A stretch of 34,897 nucleotides of DNA from a virus (lineage: Duplodnaviria > Heunggongvirae > Uroviricota > Caudoviricetes). Both the position numbers and the translations under genes were made by a program. How positions within the stretch are numbered: the stretch's first letter is position 1; each line of letters starts with the position of its first letter. The notes beneath the pieces are model-generated. The model was not told the DNA's origin and did no database searches. It saw nothing but the letters and a program-made list of their open reading frames with translations. Of the stretch, positions 1 to 10,167 are shown piece after piece. Location of the stretch: the IMG/VR virus record IMGVR_UViG_2579778778_000007; one strand, 5' to 3'.

Positions 1-19
1 CGCATCCCTGCGCTATATT

Positions 20-2386
20 TTAAATAAACATAAGAATAAACATCAGAAGTTCCTCGTATCTGATACCATACTGATAACCAGCAGGTTTAATAATAACCTG
101 CCTTCCTGTGTAATATTCCTCGTCGTACCACTCTCCTGTTTCATTGTTTTTAACACTCCTAATTAATACCTCTGGAGCATAAATATCATCCCATTCATCA
201 TAACACCAGAACGCATAGTTATTAGGTTCAAGACCGTATTTTCTGAGAATATTACCTACAGTTTGTGCACCAACACCGAAATGAATCCGAGCGCCATCAC
301 TCTTGATCTTTACTGCATCTTTAAATTTAAACCTCCAGATATTTTCCTTTATTTCAAGCGCAGCAAGACGCTCTGATTCTGTTGTTTTCTCGTCAGCCTC
401 AATACGCAATTTCAGCTCTTCATTCGACGTGTTGATACTGCCAGTACCAGCGTATACCTGTGACCATCGAAATGCTGATGTTCCGTTTGAGTTAACATTA
501 TCAACAGTTGGTTTTATAAGGCCAGAAAAATGAGTTTCAGGTGTATTAATATATGTATATGCACCTGCTGTACTGCGAGTCCTTAACTCAAAACTGTCTA
601 TATCAACACCAGTCCTACGAATTATAAGGAAGTTATTTCCTGCGGAACCAGTATCTGTTTGAGTGCTAACAGATAATCCGTTTCGTGTATCAATACGTAT
701 ATTCTTCCCGTTCTCCAGCGAAGCAGAATTATGTAGATGCAGCGAGTTGTCAGTGTAGAGATGGTGTTTACCTACATTACTAAATGTATAAGTATTGCTT
801 GTGTCATCACTGTTCCTATGGAATTGCTGAAGAGTGTAGGCAGAAGATGCTCCGTATCCATCACAATGGAAATTTCTGCACAGCTGCAAATCGAATAACA
901 ATACGGTGTCAGCATTAATGCTCACATTATTAAAGCATGTTGCAAAGTTGGCACCATACTGTGAATTGGAATCGCCAATCTGTGCGCACACATCAAGCAA
1001 ACCAAAAGTTACATTGGTAAAGTTATTTGCATCACCGGCGTCAAGAACAATCCCTTTCTTAGTCCCTGAATACCCTCTGGCAGTGCCGATCTCAATTCCC
1101 TGGAATGAACACACGCGAGCACGACTAAGCTTAAGACCAACCCATTCCAGACCATGATCGTAACCTTTTGCTGCGCGGTGAATAAACATACCATTCATGA
1201 TGAGCAGGAATCTGTTATCCAGCCGTACTGGTTCAAGTTGGGCATTAATACCAACATTTGTGCATATACATTCACCATAAGCATAACGATTCGTTTCAAA
1301 TATACGATCATCAGCGTCGTAAATGCCTCGTAATGCCTTGGCGGCATCAATATTAAGCAATGTAAAATATGTCTTCTGCTTAATTTCAAAAAAATTTGCA
1401 ACATTATGCGTTGTGATATCACTCACACGCATTGATAAAATCCCCTCTTCTGGAGCGGTGCGAATGAATCCATCAAGGAACTGTTCATTATAACTTTTGG
1501 CTATCTGATAACATCCAACAGCATCAATGCGTTCGATTGTGAATTGCCAACTATCACCACAGTTAAAAGACCATTCCCAACCGTATTTCTGTGCGAATTC
1601 ATCAGAATCAATATTTGCAGTCTCAGAACAGAAAGATAAAAATCTAAATGTTGGTTTTGGCCTTAGATGATTAAGCCCGACACCTCTTGGGGTATATATG
1701 GCATTAGCGCCATTCCCGCCTTTGCTTTTAATTGTAAGGTGACTTAAACCAAATTCAACATCATGCTTAGTTGGTGCAGCGAAAACAAATCCATCTTTTG
1801 GTGATGTGGTATTATCAAACACAATAACCGTTTTACCCTGTCCATCGCCACACATATTCACTGGTGGTATATTAACTGGTCCAATTAAATTATATGTTCC
1901 AGTTGGAATATATAACTTTCCACCATCTCCAAGAGCATTTGCTGCTGCAATAAATGCCACCGTATCATCGTTAACACCGTCACCTTTCGCCCCATAATGC
2001 TGTGGCGTAATTAACAGCATACGGTCAGAAAAAATCTCTGTCCTAAGTTGATCAGGATCGTATTTTAATACATTTGGAAAATAAAACTGCTGTGTACCAT
2101 ACGCATCATAAACAGCCATAGAATGGCCTTGCACAGTTACGAACTTGGCAATCTGTCCGTTATATACCGGATATCCAGCAGCATTAATGATGATTGGTTG
2201 CGGAACAGGAACGTGAGAGCCGTCTTCGTTCTCCACATAAACCTGAATCTGGTTTTCAGGATTTACCGGGTCAGTGTCAATTTTACCGATATAAATTTTG
2301 CCATTAGCTACGGCTTTAAAAGAACGCGCCATAGTGAAGAGTTGCGAAGGCATCGATACGATCACATTGGCTGTAATGTCTGTCAT
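20..2386 (-). CDS. Tailspike protein: P22 gp9-like N-terminal head-binding domain, pectate-lyase-like beta-helix receptor-binding domain, distinct C-terminal extension
   Basis: ORF track 788 aa; N-terminus [11 protein letters not shown]...[11 protein letters not shown]...[13 protein letters not shown] matches remembered P22 gp9 head-binding domain; [12 protein letters not shown] motif typical of beta-helix depolymerases. Confidence 0.85.
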   Translation of the reverse strand: MTDITANVIVSMPSQLFTMARSFKAVANGKIYIGKIDTDPVNPENQIQVYVENEDGSHVPVPQPIIINAAGYPVYNGQIAKFVTVQGHSMAVYDAYGTQQFYFPNVLKYDPDQLRTEIFSDRMLLITPQHYGAKGDGVNDDTVAFIAAANALGDGGKLYIPTGTYNLIGPVNIPPVNMCGDGQGKTVIVFDNTTSPKDGFVFAAPTKHDVEFGLSHLTIKSKGGNGANAIYTPRGVGLNHLRPKPTFRFLSFCSETANIDSDEFAQKYGWEWSFNCGDSWQFTIERIDAVGCYQIAKSYNEQFLDGFIRTAPEEGILSMRVSDITTHNVANFFEIKQKTYFTLLNIDAAKALRGIYDADDRIFETNRYAYGECICTNVGINAQLEPVRLDNRFLLIMNGMFIHRAAKGYDHGLEWVGLKLSRARVCSFQGIEIGTARGYSGTKKGIVLDAGDANNFTNVTFGLLDVCAQIGDSNSQYGANFATCFNNVSINADTVLLFDLQLCRNFHCDGYGASSAYTLQQFHRNSDDTSNTYTFSNVGKHHLYTDNSLHLHNSASLENGKNIRIDTRNGLSVSTQTDTGSAGNNFLIIRRTGVDIDSFELRTRSTAGAYTYINTPETHFSGLIKPTVDNVNSNGTSAFRWSQVYAGTGSINTSNEELKLRIEADEKTTESERLAALEIKENIWRFKFKDAVKIKSDGARIHFGVGAQTVGNILRKYGLEPNNYAFWCYDEWDDIYAPEVLIRSVKNNETGEWYDEEYYTGRQVIIKPAGYQYGIRYEELLMFILMFI

Positions 2387-2452
2387 TTAATTTGCTCCAG
2401 ATACAAGGAATCGCCGCAGCATGGCTACGGTTGGTATTTGTTTGGTTTTTGA

Positions 2453-2471
2453 ACTACGAAAATTTCGTAGT
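2453..2471. promoter_or_regulatory. Perfect 9-bp-arm palindrome (ACTACGAAA a TTTCGTAGT) in the tailspike leader, flanked by an 8-bp long-range inverted repeat (2414-2421 / 2501-2508)
   Basis: Read directly from sequence; lies between ant terminator and tailspike start. Confidence 0.3.
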
Positions 2472-2522
2472 GCTATCCATCAAGGCCATCGCCGCTTAGT
2501 TGCTGCGGTGAATTTTGGGCAT

Positions 2523-2545
2523 AAAAAAACCCAGCCGAAGCTGGG
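2523..2545 (-). terminator. Rho-independent terminator downstream of ant (minus strand: CCCAGC-UUCG-GCUGGG followed by U7)
   Basis: GC stem with tetraloop and A-run on plus strand (U-run on minus) 20 nt downstream of the ant stop codon. Confidence 0.6.
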
Positions 2546-2564
2546 TCGTTGCGTTGGTTATCTG

Positions 2565-3488
2565 TCAGTAGTTATGTACTGAAGGAGGCAATTCTTTATT
2601 CTTAAGTCTCATCCATGCGGAAAGATTCGTTGGTCCGTCTGGCTCATTGATATCAACATCTCGTGTGTGGTTGATTAAAACGTCTCTCGCCATTCCGATA
2701 ACATACGAGAACTCATGACCATAGTCGTAGCATCTGCCGGAATAGTTCGATTGAATTTGTTTTAGCGCCGGATACAGTTCGCGGAATAATGCCTGTGAGC
2801 GGTTGGCATAATCCCATAACCATACAAGGCTGTTTGCTTCTTTTGCAGAAAGCTCGTTGGTTTTCTTCTCTTGTTTGCCGATTAACTCGCCTTCAAGCGG
2901 AACGCGAGCTGCAAGTGACAGAGCTTCGGTAAACTGCTCATCGCTGATTTCTTTGTATGAACACCCAAAATGAGATTTCAGTGACGACCACATGGTAATC
3001 ATTGCCTTCGCCTGTTTTTCTTTTGGCAGAGACTGACCGCGACTCATGACGAGTTGTTTAATGGCTTCCTGCTGTTCAGTGGTGATTTTACCCGGCAACG
3101 CCTTTTTAGCTTTGCGTGGGTTAACTACATGGCCTTTAGTCCAGTACTCGTAGAGCACATCGTCACACTCTTCCTGATACTGGATTACATTGTCGCGGAT
3201 TTCAGGGCGGACTTTGTTAGGGCTGATGGTTTGCAACCAGCCATTCAGTTTACGTAAAGCAAGGCAAATCATGGTCTGCACACCGCCAACTGAAGGTATT
3301 GCGATTTCCACAATACCTTTAGCAAATCTTTGTTTTAACTTTGTAAACTGTGAAGCCCAATCCATACCCATTCCCTCAACGATAGGTTTCATTGGGGTGT
3401 ACGGCTCACCGTTGTGATTGACAACATAAAGCTCTGCGCCGTGGAATGGTACATTGATAGTAGATACTGCTGTTGCTATACTTTTCAT
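2565..3488 (-). CDS. ant: Antirepressor (Ant-like)
   Basis: ORF track 307 aa; position downstream of arc and divergent from mnt-like gene exactly as in P22 immI; N-terminal segment resembles antirepressor family as remembered. Confidence 0.55.
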   Translation of the reverse strand: MKSIATAVSTINVPFHGAELYVVNHNGEPYTPMKPIVEGMGMDWASQFTKLKQRFAKGIVEIAIPSVGGVQTMICLALRKLNGWLQTISPNKVRPEIRDNVIQYQEECDDVLYEYWTKGHVVNPRKAKKALPGKITTEQQEAIKQLVMSRGQSLPKEKQAKAMITMWSSLKSHFGCSYKEISDEQFTEALSLAARVPLEGELIGKQEKKTNELSAKEANSLVWLWDYANRSQALFRELYPALKQIQSNYSGRCYDYGHEFSYVIGMARDVLINHTRDVDINEPDGPTNLSAWMRLKNKELPPSVHNY

Positions 3489-3570
3489 GTCGTTAATTCC
3501 TATGCGTGGTTTTACGATACCGAAGCCCTGACTGTTCCCGCAGTTGGGGCTTCACTGTTTTGATTTCTTT
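3489..3570 (+). ncRNA. Candidate sar-like antisense small RNA covering the ant ribosome-binding site
   Basis: Plus-strand promoter TTGATA (3454-3459) - 17 nt - TATACT (3477-3482) inside the ant 5' end, reading antisense across the ant SD; plus-strand hairpin 3522-3553 followed by U-rich tail to 3570. Confidence 0.35.
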
Positions 3571-3586
3571 GCCGCATCCAAGCGAA

Positions 3587-3727
3587 TCACACCGTTATCC
3601 CCTCTCTCCTCAGGCTGTCCAGCACCCGTTTAATTACTTCTGCGCTGAATGAGCGACACTCTTCCTTTGCTTTTTCTTCAAGGATTTTTTCTAGCTTCTC
3701 TGGCATACGCAGTGTTTTTACCTTCAT
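3587..3727 (-). CDS. arc: Arc-like ribbon-helix-helix repressor (46 aa, below ORF-track size cutoff)
   Basis: Hand-translated MKVKTLRMPEKLEKILEEKAKEECRSFSAEVIKRVLDSLRREGITV; SD GGAGG 5 nt upstream of ATG; resembles P22 Arc as remembered; sits between mnt-like gene and ant. Confidence 0.6.
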   Translation of the reverse strand: MKVKTLRMPEKLEKILEEKAKEECRSFSAEVIKRVLDSLRREGITV

Positions 3728-3740
3728 TGCATCCTCCGTT

Positions 3741-3804
3741 GTATGTGGTACGCATACATAGTATTTAGGTACGCATTGATAGTCAATAGATACCTACATA
3801 TCCT
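3741..3804. promoter_or_regulatory. Divergent overlapping promoters (Pant-like on minus: TTGACT-17-TACTAT; Pmnt-like on plus: TTGATA-17-TATCCT) with dyad-symmetric operator candidates
   Basis: Direct repeat GGTACGCAT at 3747-3755 and 3768-3776; nested dyad AGGTA..ATTGA tag TCAAT..TACCT at 3767-3795 centred on the overlapping -35 elements. Confidence 0.45.
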
Positions 3805-3832
3805 GTGGTAAAAAATTATTCAGGATGCGCCG

Positions 3833-4084
3833 ATGTCTGATCGTAAGTACAAAAACCCTCAAGTGAATCTGAGGCTTCCTGTAGAGATAAAGGAACGTCT
3901 TATTGAACTGGCTGAGGCTAATTCTCGTTCATTAAATGCTGAGATGGTCGCGGCACTTGAAGCGTGGACCGAAAAAAATAAACACATTCAAGCACTAGAC
4001 CTTGCAACTATAGCATCACGATTGATAGATCTTGAACACGATGTTGAGACGCTAAAGACCATGTATGGTAAGGATGCAAAATGA
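3833..4084 (+). CDS. mnt: Mnt-like ribbon-helix-helix repressor
   Basis: ORF track 83 aa (same length as P22 Mnt as remembered); N-terminal RHH-like segment NLRLPVEIKERLIELAEANSRSLNAEM; divergent from arc-ant. Confidence 0.55.
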   Translation: MSDRKYKNPQVNLRLPVEIKERLIELAEANSRSLNAEMVAALEAWTEKNKHIQALDLATIASRLIDLEHDVETLKTMYGKDAK

Positions 4085-4290
4085 ATAAAAAACAGTTTAT
4101 TAAGTCAACAACGTCAAGCAAGGAAGAGCTAGAGAAAGAGCTAAACTCCCTGAAATATGCTCTGTGTCTGGTTTACTCAAGACTGCCAATGGAAGATAAA
4201 AACGCCATTTACAATGAAATGATTAGCAGCCTTGATTTTAACGATAGAGACCTAGCATCCCACCTCAACAGCTTCCGCGTCCCTGAGTAA
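4081..4290 (+). CDS. Hypothetical protein, translationally coupled to mnt-like gene (ATGA overlap)
   Basis: ORF track 69 aa; start overlaps mnt stop; no recognised homology. Confidence 0.35.
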   Translation: MNKKQFIKSTTSSKEELEKELNSLKYALCLVYSRLPMEDKNAIYNEMISSLDFNDRDLASHLNSFRVPE

Positions 4291-4450
4291 TTCTGTTGCG
4301 GATTTGCTTCTTACGGTGGTTTAAGCTGGAGAGCTTGGCTTCTGCTTCTGATATTTGCGCATCAAGATCTTTAAGCTCAAGATCTGAAAGTCGCTGGTCA
4401 AGCAGGGTTTGGTTCAATTCAATGTTGTTCAGACGTTCTTCTATGGTCAT
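4265..4450 (-). CDS. Hypothetical small coiled-coil protein
   Basis: ORF track 61 aa; strong SD AAGGAG 5 nt upstream of ATG; begins immediately after the terminator at 4464-4489; overlaps 3' end of the plus-strand ORF. Confidence 0.35.
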   Translation of the reverse strand: MTIEERLNNIELNQTLLDQRLSDLELKDLDAQISEAEAKLSSLNHRKKQIRNRITQGRGSC

Positions 4451-4463
4451 GATTTCTCCTTAT

Positions 4464-4489
4464 AAAAAACCCACCTGAAGGTGGGTTTT
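4464..4489. terminator. Bidirectional rho-independent terminator (AAAAAA-CCCACC-TGAA-GGTGGG-TTTT)
   Basis: Perfect 6-bp GC stem flanked by A-run and T-run; between convergent transcription units. Confidence 0.65.
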
Positions 4490-4493
4490 ATAA

Positions 4494-5462
4494 TTAGATT
4501 TCTGGTTTCATTCTTCCGAAAACCTTTTCTATTCCTTTTTCGTATTCTTCTCTTGTCTCACTCATCGCTGCGACACCAAGAAGCTTACCGATATGCTGAC
4601 GCAAAGCCTTGACACCAATTTCAGAAAGGAACAGATGCAACTTATCAGATTGTTTTCCGTTCTCGTCTCGGCTGGCTCGAATCTGTTCAAGGATTTTACC
4701 TTTACTCTTTGCTAGCGGGGTGTATATCTGCATGTTGGTTAGCTGCCCAAAACGAATAGGCCGTCCTTTCTCTGGCCTATTCAGGCCGTACAGTCGATAC
4801 CACTCCTCGTATAGCTCATCTGGAAATTCCTTTTCATATTGACGAGCCTCTTCACGAACAAACGCTTTGAACTCGTCAATGACAGCCTGAACTTCTGGAC
4901 GATAACCAGCAAGCGCATACGCAACCCCCTTAATTCCCGCCTTAGCGGAGGCATTAATAAGTCTCTGTGCTGCGGCGGCTGCCTTTAACCGTGATTGTGG
5001 TAGATCGTCATTATCTTTGGCTTCTATTAGTGCCCTACCAATATCAACAATTGCTGTAATGTCATAACCTAACGCTTGATGAACGGTTTTAGACTTCGAA
5101 GTAAGTTGAAATTTATAGGGATTTTCCATTTTTCGCTGCAATTCTAGATCTCGGTATTTGCTCATATACTGAGCGCCAAGCAGTTGATCTAAATCCCTGG
5201 CATGTTCACCAATCCCTAGCAACTGAGATAATCCAGTTTTCGTAACAACGACAGTTTTCGACTCGTCATCCAGTACATAACATTCAGCATCAATGCCAAA
5301 ATCATCTAAAAAGTTACCACGATGAGTTGCCCTGAGAATCTTACTTTTCCATCTTGCAGCAGCTGCTTTCTTTGCTATTTCAGAACGCTGCTCTTTAGTC
5401 AGCGACTTTGCGCGAGCGATCCCGCCCTTAGCTTTCCCTTCGCCACTTTTCTTTTCAGTCAT
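4494..5462 (-). CDS. Hypothetical protein (322 aa from ATG at 5462) with lysine/arginine-rich N-terminal segment; function unknown
   Basis: ORF track 4494-5525 begins at a TTG; in-frame ATG at 5460-5462 with SD-like AAAGGTG; occupies the locus where P22 has sieA. Confidence 0.7.
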   Translation of the reverse strand: MTEKKSGEGKAKGGIARAKSLTKEQRSEIAKKAAAARWKSKILRATHRGNFLDDFGIDAECYVLDDESKTVVVTKTGLSQLLGIGEHARDLDQLLGAQYMSKYRDLELQRKMENPYKFQLTSKSKTVHQALGYDITAIVDIGRALIEAKDNDDLPQSRLKAAAAAQRLINASAKAGIKGVAYALAGYRPEVQAVIDEFKAFVREEARQYEKEFPDELYEEWYRLYGLNRPEKGRPIRFGQLTNMQIYTPLAKSKGKILEQIRASRDENGKQSDKLHLFLSEIGVKALRQHIGKLLGVAAMSETREEYEKGIEKVFGRMKPEI

Positions 5463-5555
5463 AATGCAAGCACCTTTGTTGTGATGTATGCTTGCATTAT
5501 ATGCACTGTACACACATACAAGCAAGCATAAAACAAAAACAAAATGCTTGCATTA
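5461..5555. promoter_or_regulatory. Divergent control region with two paired inverted repeats of motif TGCTTGCA/TGCAAGCA (operator candidates)
   Basis: 12-bp perfect inverted repeat ATAATGCAAGCA (5461-5472) / TGCTTGCATTAT (5489-5500); second imperfect pair 5521-5528 / 5545-5552; each pair has a 16-bp spacer. Confidence 0.45.
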
Positions 5556-5618
5556 CAACCGCGCTACTCCAACTACACATTATCATCTGGTATCCTGCGC
5601 AAAACTAAGGAGGTTGGT

Positions 5619-5948
5619 GTGCTTGAATGGTTTCTGTTGGCTGCATTAGTCGTTTCTGGTTTGGTGTATGAGTATCGAATGCACTCTCTAACAAAAAAAA
5701 TAGGAATTCTAGAAAACGAATATTGTGCTCTCAAATCCTCACTGGAACGTGAGCAAGGAGACTTAAAAATCTCTCTGTCTAGCATTGAGCGTTCTATAGA
5801 GAGCCTAGAGGATAAGGTTGATCGTATAAAGAATGAGGATATTCATGATATTAAGGACGACATATCCTTCTTAAAATCTTGGTTGAAAAATGTTGGGAAA
5901 ATTGCCACATCAACACGAGATAAGCTCAATCCATCCATGGATGACTAA
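5619..5948 (+). CDS. Hypothetical membrane-anchored coiled-coil protein (about 109 aa from GTG; alternative ATG at 5544)
   Basis: ORF track 5544-5948; in-frame GTG at 5619 preceded by SD AAGGAGG with 5-nt spacer; N-terminal hydrophobic helix LEWFLLAALVVSGLVY then heptad-rich region. Confidence 0.5.
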   Translation: MLEWFLLAALVVSGLVYEYRMHSLTKKIGILENEYCALKSSLEREQGDLKISLSSIERSIESLEDKVDRIKNEDIHDIKDDISFLKSWLKNVGKIATSTRDKLNPSMDD

Positions 5949-8117
5949 TTACTCCTGTGCCATTCCGCTTAGCGATGCCACAATTCCAGCTCTTGCTAAA
6001 CGCTGGAACTCTTCGTTTCCTAGTGCCTCGCGTATTGCTTTTACGGCGGCCTTATTTGCCATAAATCTGCGTTCCGCCGCCGCTAATGCACCATCACTTG
6101 CCCCAACCTTAACTGCCTTTGTTGCCTCTTGAACAGCCTTTTCAATAGCGTAACGACCGCTTCTAGTTGCGGATAATTTCGCTATCGCTCCTTTTGCCAT
6201 TGCATCAATTGCCCCACCTGCAGCGCCACCCGCTATTGCTCCAATAACGCCTCCTCCAGAGAACCCTGCGATAGTGCCAGTAGTTCTAAAAGCGCCAGAC
6301 AATGCGCTCTCTAAAACTGGATGAAGGCCATTCTCAAGAGTGCTAATGGCTGGCATAGATCGCCCTGTCTGTTCAACATATCGAAGTGGCTTTGTTGCTG
6401 CTCGTGCAAGTTCTCCGTATGAACTTGTAATCCTGCCAAGTTCTGGAGAATATCGACTAATTGCCTTCACGTTTTGTGGGGTAAGAATAGTCGCGATATG
6501 CTTAATTCCAGCCTCTTCAGACTTACCTCCGCGTACCCCTTGCGACATTGCATCTTGTAATATTGATGCAATTGCTGGCGCGCGTTCCGACTCAGGTAGG
6601 GCGCTTATTATTTTATGGAACTGACCTGTTCCACTTTTTGCTGAACCCTGTAACGCCTTAGATCCATTAGTTACCAACTGATCAGTTGCAAGGTCTCTAC
6701 CAAACGCTGCTTCAGCCTGTTCTTGTGCTGTAAATCTTGCCTTTGACAGATCATTAGCTTTTTGCCAGTCATCAAGAAAACCGCCATTTTGAGCCATTAT
6801 GCGCATATCTTCCGTTGCTGCATCACGAAGCTCAGCCATGCGCCTTGCCGTATTTGCCTCACCAGACCTTATATACTTCTGCTCTGCGTCAGCAAGTTTA
6901 CTTCGCCATGCCTTCATGGCATCAAACGTGATTCCTTTTTTACCAGTTTTAGCATAAGCAGATGCGAATTGTTTCATCTCAGGAGTTAGCGGCATGCCAG
7001 CCAAAATATCACCCTGAATTGTAGCGTTCAGGTTTGACATTCTGGCCTTTGCGTCAGGCATCGTGGAGCGGACGCTATCCCATGCAGCCTTTTCTGAATT
7101 TTTCATTTTATCAATACTTGCCAAAACCCTTTGTTTTATGGCTGCACTTTTTTCTGATGCAGTTCCTGCTTCAGCCCCAAACTCATCCAATGCTGAGTTA
7201 AATTTCGACTCTATTTCACTGAATGCTTTGGTGTGTGCATCCTGTGTAATTCCGGGCTTTGACGCCAGAATCCCCTCCGCCTGAGCAAGACCACGACTAC
7301 CTGATCTCATGCCAGGAGTTAATGCGTTGATATCTATTCCAGCAGTATCTGCTGCTTTTGCTATTTCGTCTGACACATTAGCTGACTGTCTGGCAATAAT
7401 CTCTCTTCCTGTACCAGACTTTGCCATTTTCGAAACATCAGCAGCGGAATTTATTGCCCCGCCACCAAGAACTTGAGGTGATTTAGAGGTTAAGATCCTT
7501 CCAGCCCCAGAAAGTATCCCCTGAGCACCAATATTGATACCACCGTTAATGGCAGCATTTTGTGCAAAGTCGCCCTCCTGATTTGCAGCATCAGCAAGAG
7601 AACCTGCAATCATGTTTCCTGCGGAACCGATATCTTCAGCGAGCTTTGCTGGCGCTCCAGCAGCTTTTGCCGCTGTGCCAATTGGCAGGAGATACCCACC
7701 AATTGTTTCACCGGCTTGCGCGTAAGGGTCTGTCGGTCGATCGACAGGGCGATAAACATCATCCAAAACCTTTGGGCCACCAAGCCCCTGGCTGATTGCA
7801 TTAATCAGACTTGCGCCACCCTGCAATACGTCAAATGGTATGTTTACCAGACCACGACCAGCCTGTTCTGCAATTTGCCCTGCACTTTGACCACCAGTGA
7901 GCCAATCGCCAGCTTGTTGCATCAATGATGGTTCTTCTTTCTGCTGCTGAGGTGGAGGGTATGCTGCATAAAACTGATCTCTTGCTTCAGCCCATTTGTC
8001 ACCAGCCTTAGGGGCAACAACCTCATCAAAATATTGCGCTTGAGCCTGTGCTTTCTGTTCTTCAGTTAACGCCTGATACTGTGGAGAAGCGATAACATCT
8101 TTCCATGCTTTAGCCAT
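5949..8117 (-). CDS. Ejection (injection) protein, P22 gp16-like
   Basis: ORF track 722 aa; Ala/Gly-rich; synteny after gp20-like gene. Confidence 0.65.
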   Translation of the reverse strand: MAKAWKDVIASPQYQALTEEQKAQAQAQYFDEVVAPKAGDKWAEARDQFYAAYPPPQQQKEEPSLMQQAGDWLTGGQSAGQIAEQAGRGLVNIPFDVLQGGASLINAISQGLGGPKVLDDVYRPVDRPTDPYAQAGETIGGYLLPIGTAAKAAGAPAKLAEDIGSAGNMIAGSLADAANQEGDFAQNAAINGGINIGAQGILSGAGRILTSKSPQVLGGGAINSAADVSKMAKSGTGREIIARQSANVSDEIAKAADTAGIDINALTPGMRSGSRGLAQAEGILASKPGITQDAHTKAFSEIESKFNSALDEFGAEAGTASEKSAAIKQRVLASIDKMKNSEKAAWDSVRSTMPDAKARMSNLNATIQGDILAGMPLTPEMKQFASAYAKTGKKGITFDAMKAWRSKLADAEQKYIRSGEANTARRMAELRDAATEDMRIMAQNGGFLDDWQKANDLSKARFTAQEQAEAAFGRDLATDQLVTNGSKALQGSAKSGTGQFHKIISALPESERAPAIASILQDAMSQGVRGGKSEEAGIKHIATILTPQNVKAISRYSPELGRITSSYGELARAATKPLRYVEQTGRSMPAISTLENGLHPVLESALSGAFRTTGTIAGFSGGGVIGAIAGGAAGGAIDAMAKGAIAKLSATRSGRYAIEKAVQEATKAVKVGASDGALAAAERRFMANKAAVKAIREALGNEEFQRLARAGIVASLSGMAQE

Positions 8118-9466
8118 TAATCACCCCATAAAGACGAGAAACCAGACTTATTGCTGTCGCTTCCTGATTTTCGCTCACTAACATATGTGTCATAACCTGA
8201 TGAACTATATCCCATTGATTCAGCCTCCCTTGCTGCAACCTTTTGAAATACAGAATATTGCGATCGGATTTCAGATAACTGTTTTCTGACGACCTCTTCA
8301 GGCTGTGTTATATCGAGTTTCGCGATAAGGTTTTCCAGTTTTTGTCCTTCAGCATTGGAGAGGCTACCCATACCTCGCATAGTCTGCACGTTCTGGACAA
8401 ACGCACCCGACTTTAATTCTTCTATCGCATTACGGTTTGCAAGCCCTTCAGCACTTGTGAAGCCATCTATATTTCTTCCTTCGAAGCGACCGATACCTTC
8501 AAGCTCCTTCTTACCAAGCAAAGAATCTATTTTCTCTATCCCTCGCTCACCAGTAATCAACGCATTGTTGTAATTATTGTTGCCATCAAGCCATCTCTTA
8601 GCCTGAGACATTCTGGCTGACGTTGCAGCTTTACCGGTTAGCGGATCAATTCCCGTCGCTGCTATCTGTGAGTTAAGAGACAAAACATCCATATCCTGAA
8701 GTTGTCCTGCTCTTTCAAGGGCCGCCTGTGACTGCTTAAACACATACTTGTCGTGATTCAGTCTTGCCATTTGAGCCTTATAGGAAAGATCCTGCCCCCT
8801 AATAGCCCTCGCATTCGTCATGTCATTATTGCGAATGGTTTCGTTAATTCTTTGCTGCTCCTGCTGGCGACCAGCCATCTTATCCTGAACAGCAAACGCC
8901 TTTTCTGGTCCAAGCGCACCGAGAGACATAGTAGTCAGCATGTGTGATAGCTGCTCTGGATTCTGGATACCTGTCTGAATCATCCAGTCAGCATTCGCCC
9001 CCACGCGATTTAACCTGTCCTTGTTGTCAGTAATGAATTTACTGTAGGCTTCCGGTCCCTGAGAAAGAGCGACGTTAGCCCTCATGGCTAAATCGCCCAT
9101 ATCGTTGCGTTGCTGCTCATTAAGACCGGAAAACGCCTGTTGTGCCTGTGCAACAAACGCTGGATTTTCCTGGGCAAACTTAAATAGTCCCGATGGATCA
9201 CCAGAAGCCCATGCATCAGCGTGAACCTTATTGAACGCACTAATAGCTTTCTGTTGCTGTTCCTGATTGTAAATATCAGCAACTCCAGCCAGACCACGTA
9301 ACGCGGTCAGACCAACGTTATTTGCACCTGAGCGAGCCAGTTCATTGTTTTCGCGGATCAGACCAAGCGTTGCGTTAATGTCGCTTGCCTTTGGCGCATT
9401 CTCATTTTGCGTACCGATGCCAGCCAGAAAACCACCAGAATTAATACCCTGTTGCCACGTAGCCAT
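8117..9466 (-). CDS. Ejection protein, P22 gp20-like
   Basis: ORF track 449 aa; synteny between gp7-like and gp16-like genes. Confidence 0.7.
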   Translation of the reverse strand: MATWQQGINSGGFLAGIGTQNENAPKASDINATLGLIRENNELARSGANNVGLTALRGLAGVADIYNQEQQQKAISAFNKVHADAWASGDPSGLFKFAQENPAFVAQAQQAFSGLNEQQRNDMGDLAMRANVALSQGPEAYSKFITDNKDRLNRVGANADWMIQTGIQNPEQLSHMLTTMSLGALGPEKAFAVQDKMAGRQQEQQRINETIRNNDMTNARAIRGQDLSYKAQMARLNHDKYVFKQSQAALERAGQLQDMDVLSLNSQIAATGIDPLTGKAATSARMSQAKRWLDGNNNYNNALITGERGIEKIDSLLGKKELEGIGRFEGRNIDGFTSAEGLANRNAIEELKSGAFVQNVQTMRGMGSLSNAEGQKLENLIAKLDITQPEEVVRKQLSEIRSQYSVFQKVAAREAESMGYSSSGYDTYVSERKSGSDSNKSGFSSLWGD

Positions 9467-9475
9467 GATTACCCC

Positions 9476-10165
9476 TTAAAACAACGAGCCAAGCAGACCA
9501 AGACCGCCGCCGATCGCAGCCCCCCACGGAGTTGATGAACCAATTAATTTCGCAAGTCCAGCCCCAGCAATAGCACCAGACGCACCTCCGCCAATAGCAG
9601 ATTGCATTGCTGATGGTCTGTTGGCATTTGCCGCTGCAAGAGCCGCACTTTGCTGCGAAATCTGACTCATGTTGTTGGCATATGTCTGCCCGGCGTTTGC
9701 CTGACCTTGCAGTGCGCCAAGACCAATATTTGCCAGATTCTGGTAGTTGTTCATCTGACCAGATAGCCATTGCTGACCAAGCGTTGGTGCGATTATTGCT
9801 AACTGATTACCGGTTGCAGTGGAACCCAATCCACCTGTTGCTTCCGCTGCCGCCAGACTCTGATAGCGCGCCTGACCAGCAAGGTCTTTGTACTGCTGAG
9901 AGTTGTAATACTGGTTAAGCGCCTGACCTTGCCCCTCCAGAGACGATAAGTTCTCGAGGCTGCCGACATACTTATCAGCCAGAGGAGTAAACGGCTTCAG
10001 GTTGTTCATGATGGTGTTGAACTGCTGATTTTGCAGGTCTGCTGCATACTTCTGAGCTTCTGCTGCATACTTTGCGCTTTTATCAGAGCCACCTTTCCCG
10101 CCTTTTTCAGGGCAATAAGGTTCCTCGCCGCGCAGTTTTCTGCCCAGCTTAAATGCATATAACAT
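9476..10165 (-). CDS. Ejection protein, P22 gp7-like
   Basis: ORF track 229 aa; near-identical to remembered P22 gp7 (MLYAF.LGRKLRGEEP...GGGLGLLGSLF). Confidence 0.85.
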   Translation of the reverse strand: MLYAFKLGRKLRGEEPYCPEKGGKGGSDKSAKYAAEAQKYAADLQNQQFNTIMNNLKPFTPLADKYVGSLENLSSLEGQGQALNQYYNSQQYKDLAGQARYQSLAAAEATGGLGSTATGNQLAIIAPTLGQQWLSGQMNNYQNLANIGLGALQGQANAGQTYANNMSQISQQSAALAAANANRPSAMQSAIGGGASGAIAGAGLAKLIGSSTPWGAAIGGGLGLLGSLF

Positions 10166-10167
10166 GG

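Noticed and set aside
303-2452. Several 60-110-aa ORFs on the plus strand (303-533, 906-1157, 1806-1997, 2123-2452)
   Set aside because: All fall inside the tailspike coding region on the opposite strand
6340-7928. Multiple short ORFs on either strand inside the gp16-like gene
   Set aside because: Embedded in a long, compositionally consistent coding region; no start signals
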